Positions 1 to 7,022 of a DNA stretch of 26,476 nucleotides are shown here, piece by piece; position 1 is the stretch's first letter, and each line of letters begins with the position of its first letter. The translations under genes and the position numbers were made by a program. Source of the stretch: a virus (Duplodnaviria > Caudoviricetes); the IMG/VR virus record IMGVR_UViG_3300022876_000113, positions 1-26,476 of that record; one strand, 5' to 3'. The notes under the pieces are model-generated. The model searched no databases. It was not told the DNA's origin and saw only the letters and a list, made by a program, of their open reading frames with translations.

Positions 1-51
1 GCCTGCATGGCATGCAGGAGGTCGGCGGTTCGATCCCGCCTGGCTCCACCA
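1..51 (+). tRNA. tRNA-Ala(GGC), 5'-truncated by window edge
   Basis: Anticodon arm CCTGC-ATGGCAT-GCAGG, T-loop GGTTCGATCCC, ends CCACCA at 51. Confidence 0.9.
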
Positions 52-102
52 CTTCTCCGGACACAGGCCGTCCGATGGAAGCCAAAAAATTCGGTTTAAC
101 GC

Positions 103-178
103 GTCCCCATCGTCTAGAGGCCTAGGACATCACCCTTTCACGGTGGCGACCGGGGTTCGAATCCCCGTGGGGACGCCA
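103..178 (+). tRNA. tRNA-Glu(TTC)
   Basis: 76 nt, acceptor GTCCCCA/TGGGGAC, anticodon loop CTTTCAC, GGTTCGAATCC, CCA end. Confidence 0.97.
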
Positions 179-187
179 GCTTCAAGC

Positions 188-221
188 AAACAGCCCTGAC
201 TTCGGTCGGGGCTGTTTGTTT
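188..221. terminator. Intrinsic terminator, probably bidirectional
   Basis: AAACAGCCCTGAC-TTCG-GTCGGGGCTGTTT then GTTT, between tRNA-Glu and the convergent GNAT gene. Confidence 0.85.
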
Positions 222-228
222 ATGGGCC

Positions 229-645
229 CTACGCTACGACCTTCGCCATCCCCACCGAGCGCGGCGCGGTCAAGGTAAAACCGAACTGCGCATACAGCCG
301 ATGCGCCTGCCCATCGGCGATCAGGCTCACATAGGCGCCGATGGCATTCGTGCGCAGCCAGGCATCGAGCTGGGCCATCACGGCCTTGCCCAGGCCCTGC
401 CCCTGGCGATCCGGGACCACGGCGATATCCACCACCTGCAGGAAGCAGCCGCCATCACCGATGATCCGGCCCATCGCCAACAGGCGATCTCCTTCGCGCA
501 GGCTCACACCGAAGACGGTATTGGGCAGGCCACGCGCCGCCGCCTCGGCGGTTTTCGGGCTCAGCCCGGCCAGCACGCGCAGGGCACGGTATTCCTCCAC
601 GCTGGGTGGCAGGGGGATGCAATGAACACCAGCAGGCAGCGACAT
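229..645 (-). CDS. GNAT family N-acetyltransferase
   Basis: 138 aa; VDIAVVPDRQGQGLGKAVM acetyl-CoA motif A and LYAQFGF motif B. Confidence 0.9.
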   Translation of the reverse strand: MSLPAGVHCIPLPPSVEEYRALRVLAGLSPKTAEAAARGLPNTVFGVSLREGDRLLAMGRIIGDGGCFLQVVDIAVVPDRQGQGLGKAVMAQLDAWLRTNAIGAYVSLIADGQAHRLYAQFGFTLTAPRSVGMAKVVA

Positions 646-759
646 GACGCGGATCCGGCAATGAATGGAGGCTCAGCATGCCCGAACGGATTCGCAGTAT
701 CTGCGACCCATCGGCCTATCCTGTCCCCTCCGCCCTCCCTGCGCGCTGCCGCCCCCGCC

Positions 760-1716
760 ATGTGCTATTCCGCCCAGATCCGCGCCGACTACACCAAGCT
801 GGTCCGTGAGTACGGCGCCATGATGTCGCTGGACGAGTTCGCCCAGCTTTACGCGCACGACGCCGGCAAGCAGCGCCCCAAAACCCCCAAGGCAATGGAC
901 GATGGCTTTGCCGGCGCCCGCACCGCGCAGGGCCAGGAGATCGTGGCCCGGATCCAGCAATGGCATGCCGAGGAAATGCAGGCACTGGATGAGGAGGTGC
1001 GCGTGCAGAGCGCACGCCTGCGCGTGGCCGAGGAGCAGTTGGCCGCACGCCCCACGCAGAAGGCACGCAACGAGGTGCGCGTGGCCGGCAACCGGATCGA
1101 ACGCGCGCAGACGCGCCTGTCCGATCTGCAGCGCGCCGGCCTGGTGCCGCGCGACAGCCGCATTTTCCCGGGGGTCTACGCCCCGGTGATCGTGTCCGAA
1201 CAGGGCCAGCGCGTGATCAAACCGATGCGCTACCAGTGCCGGCTGCCGGACAAACCCGCGCGCAACGACGTGCTCTATCCCGGCACCTACAACGCTCGCC
1301 GTGACAGCCTGGAGGCCTACTGGAAATCCGCGTTCGGCCACCGGCATGGCGTGGTGGTGGTGCAGTCGTTCTACGAACACGTGCCGCGTCACGCACTGGA
1401 GCAGCGCCCGCTGTCGCCGGGCGAGAAAGCCGAGAACGTCGTGCTCCAATTCAGCCCGCAGCCGCCGCGCGATCTGCTGATCGCCTGCCTGTGGTCGGAA
1501 TGGGAAGGCCCGGAAGGCCGGCTGTTGTCGTTCGCCGCGATCACCGACGAGCCGCCCACGGAGGTGGCGCGTACCGGCCATGACCGCTGTATCGTGCCGA
1601 TCCGGCGCGAACATCTCGATGCCTGGTTGAACCCCGACCCGGCAGACCTGGCCGCGCTGTACCGGATCCTGGACGACCGCGAACCGGTATCACTGGCGCA
1701 CGCCGAAGCGGCGTGA
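760..1716 (+). CDS. SOS response-associated peptidase (SRAP/DUF159) family protein, host copy with coiled-coil insertion
   Basis: Start at ATG 760 gives MCYS with catalytic Cys2; YNARRDSL, FYE and HDRC motifs. Confidence 0.85.
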   Translation: MCYSAQIRADYTKLVREYGAMMSLDEFAQLYAHDAGKQRPKTPKAMDDGFAGARTAQGQEIVARIQQWHAEEMQALDEEVRVQSARLRVAEEQLAARPTQKARNEVRVAGNRIERAQTRLSDLQRAGLVPRDSRIFPGVYAPVIVSEQGQRVIKPMRYQCRLPDKPARNDVLYPGTYNARRDSLEAYWKSAFGHRHGVVVVQSFYEHVPRHALEQRPLSPGEKAENVVLQFSPQPPRDLLIACLWSEWEGPEGRLLSFAAITDEPPTEVARTGHDRCIVPIRREHLDAWLNPDPADLAALYRILDDREPVSLAHAEAA

Positions 1717-1723
1717 CGCCCAC

Positions 1724-2104
1724 TCAGCCGGTAACCGAGTCCCCTGCCCGTGCGCGCCCCAGTGCGGCGTTCAATTCGGCCGTCAGGTAGGGCTTGGTCA
1801 GGATGATGCCCGAGCGGAAGGCCTCGGGCAGATGCTCGGTAGCCATGCCGGTAGCCAGCACGAAGGGGATCTGGCGGGCCGCCAGGGCCGCAGCCACCGC
1901 CTCACTGGTCTCGTTGTTGGCCAGGCGGTAATCCAGCAGCACCACCTGGGGCCGGGTCTCGCCGAGCAGGCGCAGTGCCTCCGGCACCGACGCGGCCAAC
2001 CCCACCACCACGGCGCCGGACTGTGCCAGCTGCATCTGCAGCAGCGCCGCACTCATTTCGTCGTTCTCGACCACCAGCACCCGAAGATCCTGCAGCGCGC
2101 TCAT
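1724..2104 (-). CDS. Single-domain response regulator (receiver domain)
   Basis: RVLVVEND, VVLLD phospho-acceptor, ATG and KPY motifs; 126 aa. Confidence 0.9.
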   Translation of the reverse strand: MSALQDLRVLVVENDEMSAALLQMQLAQSGAVVVGLAASVPEALRLLGETRPQVVLLDYRLANNETSEAVAAALAARQIPFVLATGMATEHLPEAFRSGIILTKPYLTAELNAALGRARAGDSVTG

Positions 2105-2228
2105 GACGACTCCCTGTATGGTTCAGCGCGATGAGTATAGCGTCCTGTGTAGGTGAAACCCTGACGCCGACTTAAGCATTCAGGTCTGCACAAACCTCCA
2201 CATCTTGTATACACTACGCGGCCAGCCA

Positions 2229-2315
2229 GCCGAAGTGGCGGAATCGGTAGACGCAGCGGACTCAAAATCCGCCGCCCTTAAAAGCGTGTGGGTTCGAGTC
2301 CCACCTTCGGCACCA
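2229..2315 (+). tRNA. tRNA-Leu(CAA), prophage integration target
   Basis: 87 nt with long variable arm; GCGGA-CTCAAAA-TCCGC anticodon arm; GGTTCGAGTCC; CCA end. Confidence 0.97.
2257..2315 (+). repeat. att site, left copy of 59-bp direct repeat
   Basis: Identical to 26346-26404 (CGGACTCAAAATCC...TTCGGCACCA). Confidence 0.97.
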
Positions 2316-2346
2316 ATGGTTTGCGGGGTTTCTGGATGGACAGAAC

Positions 2347-2379
2347 CGCTCCGCAAAAAACGATGCGCTCCGCAATTGC
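2347..2379 (+). repeat. Putative integrase arm-type sites, two CGCTCCGCAA copies (2347-2356, 2366-2375)
   Basis: Same 10-mer recurs just inside the right att. Confidence 0.65.
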
Positions 2380-2385
2380 GGATTG

Positions 2386-2410
2386 AGACCTCGCCTTGGC
2401 GAGGTCTTTT
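2386..2410 (+). terminator. Phage-supplied terminator downstream of tRNA-Leu
   Basis: AGACCTCGCC/GGCGAGGTCT hairpin followed by T run. Confidence 0.75.
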
Positions 2411-2414
2411 CGTT

Positions 2415-2627
2415 TCAGGCGGCCTCGTCGTCTGACATCGGATCGAAGCGCCTGGCGATCCCATCGAACCGCGCGGCCTCGGCGCGGATGCGGTCAGCGC
2501 TGCGTCGCCGAGTCGCCCTCGCCCGCCAGTCGCCGCCTCGCTCCAGGTCCAGAGCATCCGCCTGTTGCCAGAGGGATGCTGCCTTTGCGCGCGCCCAGCG
2601 CGCTTTACCGTCTGTCGCTTTCGTCAT
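2415..2627 (-). CDS. Small basic helical hypothetical protein (70 aa)
   Basis: MTKATDGKARW...DDEAA; divergent from umuD, ends at the terminator. Confidence 0.6.
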   Translation of the reverse strand: MTKATDGKARWARAKAASLWQQADALDLERGGDWRARATRRRSADRIRAEAARFDGIARRFDPMSDDEAA

Positions 2628-2710
2628 GGCGATGATGATGAATGCGGGCGGTCGCAAGGGGCGATACGGAGGCAACGCCACCTGACCACGGTCGCGTCAC
2701 GCGCGACTTG

Positions 2711-2726
2711 TTAGTAATTGTACTAA
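2711..2726. promoter_or_regulatory. LexA (SOS) box, Xanthomonadales type
   Basis: Palindrome TTAGTA-ATTG-TACTAA matches TTAG-N6-TACTA exactly, 50 bp upstream of umuD. Confidence 0.85.
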
Positions 2727-2776
2727 CATGCCCGCCGTCTCCAACGGTGAGACACCCACCGGCCAGAGTTCGCCCC

Positions 2777-3259
2777 ATGCAGTCCATCACCCCACCCCAC
2801 ACCCTCGCCACCTTCATCGGGCCCGCCTCGATCGATGGACCGGCGCATTTCGTGCCCTTGGCCGGCGTGCGCGCTCGGCTTGGATTTCCCTCGCCCGCCG
2901 ATGACTTCATGGACGAGTCGATCGACCTTCACCGGCTGCTGGTCCGCAATCCGTCCGCCACGTTCCTATACCGCGCCGATGGCTGGTCGATGCTGGGCGT
3001 GGGCATCAGCGACGGCGATATCTTGGTGATCGACCGCTCTGTGACGCCGCAGGGCGGCGACCTGGTCATCGCGGTCTGGGATGGCAACCAGCCAACCTGC
3101 AAGGTGCTCAAGACCTTCGAACACCACCTCGAGCTCCACTCGGCCAATCCCGAGTTTCCTCCCATCGTCCTGGACCAAGGGACGGAGGTGGAGGTCTTCG
3201 CGGTGGTGGGCGTGGTGCGCCAGATTCAGCGGAGGCGCGGCCATGTTCGGCCTCGTTGA
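2777..3259 (+). CDS. umuD: UmuD-like S24 autopeptidase (Pol V subunit)
   Basis: GFPSPA, GWSM (catalytic Ser), GDILVIDRS, TCK (catalytic Lys); overlaps umuC start. Confidence 0.9.
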   Translation: MQSITPPHTLATFIGPASIDGPAHFVPLAGVRARLGFPSPADDFMDESIDLHRLLVRNPSATFLYRADGWSMLGVGISDGDILVIDRSVTPQGGDLVIAVWDGNQPTCKVLKTFEHHLELHSANPEFPPIVLDQGTEVEVFAVVGVVRQIQRRRGHVRPR

Positions 3260-4493
3260 CGGCAACAACTTCTACGCCAGCTGCGAACGCGTGTTCCAGC
3301 CGAAGCTGCGCGGCGCCCCCTTGGTGGTGTTGAGCAACAACGATGGCTGCGCCATCGCTCGCTCGGCCGAGGCCAAGGCACTGGGCATCAAGATGGGTCA
3401 GCCGGCCCACGAACTGAAGCACCTGGTGCGGCGGCACGGACTGCAGATGCGATCGGCGAACTTCGGCCTCTACGGCGACATGAGCGCTCGGGTCGTTTCC
3501 ATCTTGAGGGAGGCAGCGCCACGCGTGGAGGTCTACAGCATCGATGAGAGCTTCATCGACCTGACAGGCGTACCCCGACGCGAGGCCTTCGCACAAGAGC
3601 TACGCACCAGGGTGCACCGCTGGACCGGTATACCGAACTGCATCGGCATCGGCCCGACAAAGACGCTGGCCAAGCTCGCCAACAAGGCGGCGAAGACCGG
3701 CACGGGCGTGGTGGATCTCGGCGAACGGGCGGCCCGTGATGCACTGCTGCCCAGGTTTCCAGTCGAAGACCTATGGGGCGTCGGCCGGCGCTTGGCGCCG
3801 AAGTTGGTGGCGATGGGGATCCGCACCGCGGCCGACCTCCGGGATGCGCCAGCGGACGACATCCTCGCCAAGTTCGGGGTGACCTTGGCGCGCACGCAGC
3901 GCGAGCTCCAAGGCCACCCGTGCATGGAACTGGAGGAAGTGGAGCCCGATCGGCAGCAGATCATGGTGAGCCGCTCGTTCGCTGACCGGGTGCACGACCA
4001 CGAGGCCGTGGCCCAGGCACTGGCAACCTTCGCCGTGCGGGCCTGCGAAAAGCTGCGCGCTCGAGGCCTGGTCGCTTCCGGTCTGTGGATCTTCGCTCAC
4101 TCCGACACCTTCCGCCCGGAGTTGCCTCAGCACGCCGCCAACAGGACGATAGCTCTGCCGGCAGCGACCAGCGACACCATGCTGGTGCTGGGGATGGTTC
4201 GCCGCATGCTTCGCGGACTGCTGCAGGAAGGCATTGGGTACAAGAAGGCAGGTGTCGCCCTGCTCGATCTAGCGCGACCCGAGGACGTTCAGCAGGACCT
4301 GTTCGCGCCGGCAGTCGCCGGCGACCAGAGGCTCATGGATACGCTCGATCAGATCAACCGGAAATTCGGCCGCGGCGTGGCCGGGCTGGGCGCTTCGGGC
4401 TGGAAGGACAAGCCCGCATGGGGAATGCGGCAGCACATGCTTTCGGCGAGGTTTACGACCTCGGTACACGAGCTTCCCCGTGTGACTTGCTAA
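3243..4493 (+). CDS. umuC: UmuC-like Y-family DNA polymerase
   Basis: LVDGNNFYASCE, VLSNNDGC, YSIDESF, SRSF and C-terminal WxMRQxxLS motifs; 416 aa. Confidence 0.95.
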   Translation: MFGLVDGNNFYASCERVFQPKLRGAPLVVLSNNDGCAIARSAEAKALGIKMGQPAHELKHLVRRHGLQMRSANFGLYGDMSARVVSILREAAPRVEVYSIDESFIDLTGVPRREAFAQELRTRVHRWTGIPNCIGIGPTKTLAKLANKAAKTGTGVVDLGERAARDALLPRFPVEDLWGVGRRLAPKLVAMGIRTAADLRDAPADDILAKFGVTLARTQRELQGHPCMELEEVEPDRQQIMVSRSFADRVHDHEAVAQALATFAVRACEKLRARGLVASGLWIFAHSDTFRPELPQHAANRTIALPAATSDTMLVLGMVRRMLRGLLQEGIGYKKAGVALLDLARPEDVQQDLFAPAVAGDQRLMDTLDQINRKFGRGVAGLGASGWKDKPAWGMRQHMLSARFTTSVHELPRVTC

Positions 4494-4528
4494 TCGGCAC
4501 CAGCACAGGAGTCGAAGACACGTTGAGT

Positions 4529-4557
4529 ACCCCGCCAGCACTAGCTGGCGGGGTTTT
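4529..4557. terminator. Intrinsic terminator between convergent umuC and KilA-N genes
   Basis: ACCCCGCCAGC-ACTA-GCTGGCGGGGT then TTT. Confidence 0.8.
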
Positions 4558-4562
4558 GAGCT

Positions 4563-5357
4563 TTAAGCGGCCGGAGCGATCACGCCGCCAGGGGATGAAA
4601 GAAGCATCCGGTCCAAGAACGGAAGCGCAGAGGGATCACGCTCTCGGAAGTACTTATGCGAGCGGTTCGGCAGCCAAACTTCGTTGAAGTGAAGGCGGAA
4701 CTCGTGGAGGTATCCAATGGGATACAGGATTGCATCAACCACGCGTCCGTCTTCGTAGTGGTGCTTATAGCGGGGCAGCGAATGGGTATCCACCCCCTTT
4801 GATCGCATCCACTTGGCGAACATCTGGCCCTGCGAAATGTCCGGCACCATGTTTTCGGGCAGCGTGTAGCCTTTGGACTCCAACGGCGCGATCAGGTTCA
4901 AAGTAAGCTCGTTGAGCACCGAAAAGTGCGTGTAGGGCACCCGGTCGCGATTGGCCAAATACCGCTGGATGTGATGCGGGAGCGGAGCCGCAGGTGCGCC
5001 GCCAGGTTGCTTCCCGGAGAGCCATTCACGCACCCATCGGCTAACAGCAACCGCAAATTTCGGTGAAAGCCACTGGGCCAAGTGGATCGCCAAGTCAGGA
5101 TGCACCCAAGTTCCTTGGGGCTCGCTCCCACCCTTAACTGATTGAATCAATTGCGATATGGGAATTCCCATATCGGTCGAAAGCTCTTCCAGAAAAGCTA
5201 CCGTGCTGGAGTTGCGCCTATAGTCTGCGAAGAGCTTGCCCACTGCCTGACACATGGCGGTGGCATTGATGTAGCCATCCACCTTCCGCTGCTCGACAAG
5301 AGTGTTGTCGACCTGACGATGGATCAGTTGCAGAGAAAGCTGTTTACTGCTGTGCAT
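4563..5357 (-). CDS. KilA-N domain protein with BstA-like C-terminal domain (putative abortive infection protein)
   Basis: KilA-N motifs DGYINATAMC and GTWVHPDLAIHLAQWLSPKF; C-terminal FSVLNE, VPDISQG, YxHxY, YP..L.EFR..F...WLP; ATG 5357 with AAGGA SD; 264 aa. KilA-N call is firm, BstA call is from recall. Confidence 0.8.
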   Translation of the reverse strand: MHSSKQLSLQLIHRQVDNTLVEQRKVDGYINATAMCQAVGKLFADYRRNSSTVAFLEELSTDMGIPISQLIQSVKGGSEPQGTWVHPDLAIHLAQWLSPKFAVAVSRWVREWLSGKQPGGAPAAPLPHHIQRYLANRDRVPYTHFSVLNELTLNLIAPLESKGYTLPENMVPDISQGQMFAKWMRSKGVDTHSLPRYKHHYEDGRVVDAILYPIGYLHEFRLHFNEVWLPNRSHKYFRERDPSALPFLDRMLLSSPGGVIAPAA

Positions 5358-5437
5358 AGCGAATTTCCTTTTAGGAAATACACGGCACGGCGTCACAAAA
5401 AATCTGTCATGGGCTCACAAAGCTGACCGTTGTCGCA

Positions 5438-5466
5438 TTGACACAATTGCCAGATGTTGACACCAT
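5438..5466 (+). promoter_or_regulatory. Predicted sigma70 promoter for antisense RNA
   Basis: TTGACA (5438-5443), 17-bp spacer ending TGA, CACCAT (5461-5466). Confidence 0.45.
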
Positions 5467-5472
5467 TTCAGT

Positions 5473-5572
5473 GGTTACTCGATCCGCAAGAACGAGCTGT
5501 ACGCCAATACCGTGGTACTGCAAGTGACCCCTATGCCCTGCCTAGCGCCAACTAGGTGGGGCATTGTTTTTT
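5473..5572 (+). ncRNA. Predicted ~100-nt cis-antisense RNA to the KilA-N/BstA-like leader
   Basis: Promoter-like element, no coding gene, two CGCCAA-loop hairpins, the second followed by a T tract; 5' end estimated. Confidence 0.5.
5533..5572 (+). terminator. Intrinsic terminator hairpin with CGCCAA loop
   Basis: ATGCCCTGCCTAG-CGCCAA-CTAGGTGGGGCAT (13 bp including 2 G-U pairs) then TGTTTTTT. Confidence 0.75.
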
Positions 5573-5604
5573 GGGGCGCGGATGGACATCCATCCGACGA
5601 CCAC

Positions 5605-5633
5605 AAGGTAGTGGGGGTACTAGGCGTCGTCAA
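5605..5633 (-). promoter_or_regulatory. Predicted sigma70 promoter of the KilA-N/BstA-like gene
   Basis: Minus strand TTGACG-17 bp-TACCTT, ~250 bp upstream of the ATG. Confidence 0.6.
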
Positions 5634-5831
5634 CGCCATTTGTAGTGAATTTCCCTAATCCCTTGCGGCGCAAGGACCGCAGGTAAAGGGCGTCCGACAA
5701 GCGGTCTGGACCTGTCGAAACTGATTGCGCAGTCAAGGCAGAACGTGCAAATACACGGCCTCAGAACTGGAACTCCTACCGTCACGCGAAGCTAACATCT
5801 TGGGGAGAAAGCACCGGCGGCAATGTATGCA

Positions 5832-6221
5832 TCAGTCGGCTGCTTGGGAGCAATGAGTGGTGGCCGACCGCGATGCGAGGAACGTCCGCCCCGCCAATTC
5901 GATATAAGAACGCGCCAGACACCTGCCCGGCACCGACCAGCGGCCCTCATCATCGCGTTCCACATCCCAATCCGGGCCGGCCAGCGTTTCATCCAGTCGA
6001 TGAGGCTTTCTCGCCGTCCGATAGATGGCGTCGGCAACGGCCTCCATTTCGGAGCCAAACCACCGGTAGCCATTGACGCAGATCGCCACGGGGTGATCGG
6101 AGGGATGGGGATAGCTGGGCACCAACTCCTGCAGCTGCCGCGCGGCCTCTCGGACGGTAATCTGGCGAAAATCCGGGGCGGCCGCCCAATGGTCGAGAAT
6201 TCTCTCGGCGCCGGGCGTCAT
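5832..6221 (-). CDS. Hypothetical protein (129 aa)
   Basis: ATG 6221 preceded by AAGGAG; divergent from phage SRAP. Confidence 0.65.
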   Translation of the reverse strand: MTPGAERILDHWAAAPDFRQITVREAARQLQELVPSYPHPSDHPVAICVNGYRWFGSEMEAVADAIYRTARKPHRLDETLAGPDWDVERDDEGRWSVPGRCLARSYIELAGRTFLASRSATTHCSQAAD

Positions 6222-6317
6222 GGCGATCTCCTTCACTGGCCGGGCATCGGATAATCACGCGGGACCGGTCAAAGTGATGCGAAAGAAGCGTCCCTGACTG
6301 GGGCACGGGATCACACA

Positions 6318-6983
6318 ATGTGCGGCCGATTCGTCCAGACCCCGATCCGAAACGCTGACACCCTGGGCTTCCCCCAGCTGGTCGGCGACCTCATGTCGAT
6401 CCCTGAAAGCTACAACCTGGCGCCGACGCAGCGCGCGTCCGTGATCCTCGATCGCGGCACCGGCCTCCAGGTCACCCGCTTGGCGTGGGGCCTGCTCCCC
6501 TTCTGGGCCAAGGCCAAGAAGCTGCAGGGCTCCACGATCAATGCCCGCATCGAGACGGTGGCCACCAAGCCGGCCTTCCGGTCGGCGTTCAAGAAGCGCC
6601 GCTGCCTGATCCCCATGGCCGGCTACTACGAGTGGTCGGTCAACACCCAAGACAAAAAGAAGGATCCGTGGTTCATCCACGCGACCGGGCCGCTGCTGGC
6701 GGCCGGCCTGTGGGAAGACACCAGCCCCCTGCTCGACCCGGACAACCTGGGCACCTTCACCGTGATCACCGGCGACAGCAGTGGTGTGTCTGCCGATATC
6801 CACGACCGCATGCCGGTGTGGCTGACGGCCGGCCAGGCCGATGAGTGGCTGGCGGCCGAGCCCGACGACGCGATGGCGATGCTGCTGGCCAGCGAGCCAC
6901 CGGCGATGGAGGCCTATCGCGTCAGCCGGGCGGTAAACACGCCTCGGAACAACCGCGAGGAACTGCTGCTGCAGGTCGAATGA
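6318..6983 (+). CDS. SOS response-associated peptidase (SRAP, YedK/HMCES-like), phage copy
   Basis: MCGRF, YNLAPTQ, WGLLPFW, INARIET, RRCLIP, YYEW, IHDRMPV. Confidence 0.95.
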   Translation: MCGRFVQTPIRNADTLGFPQLVGDLMSIPESYNLAPTQRASVILDRGTGLQVTRLAWGLLPFWAKAKKLQGSTINARIETVATKPAFRSAFKKRRCLIPMAGYYEWSVNTQDKKKDPWFIHATGPLLAAGLWEDTSPLLDPDNLGTFTVITGDSSGVSADIHDRMPVWLTAGQADEWLAAEPDDAMAMLLASEPPAMEAYRVSRAVNTPRNNREELLLQVE

Positions 6984-7013
6984 GGCAGGGTCAATCCATA
7001 TTCGACCCTGCCT
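6983..7013. terminator. Hairpin between convergent genes, possible terminator
   Basis: AGGCAGGGTC-11 nt-GACCCTGCCT; no clear T tract. Confidence 0.4.
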
Positions 7014-7022
7014 TGGACACCG

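Noticed and set aside
301-759. N-terminal extension of the 471-aa ORF
   Set aside because: Shadow of the GNAT gene; SRAP needs Cys2, which fits ATG 760
2180-2557. ORFs overlapping tRNA-Leu
   Set aside because: Translations of tRNA and att sequence with no protein features
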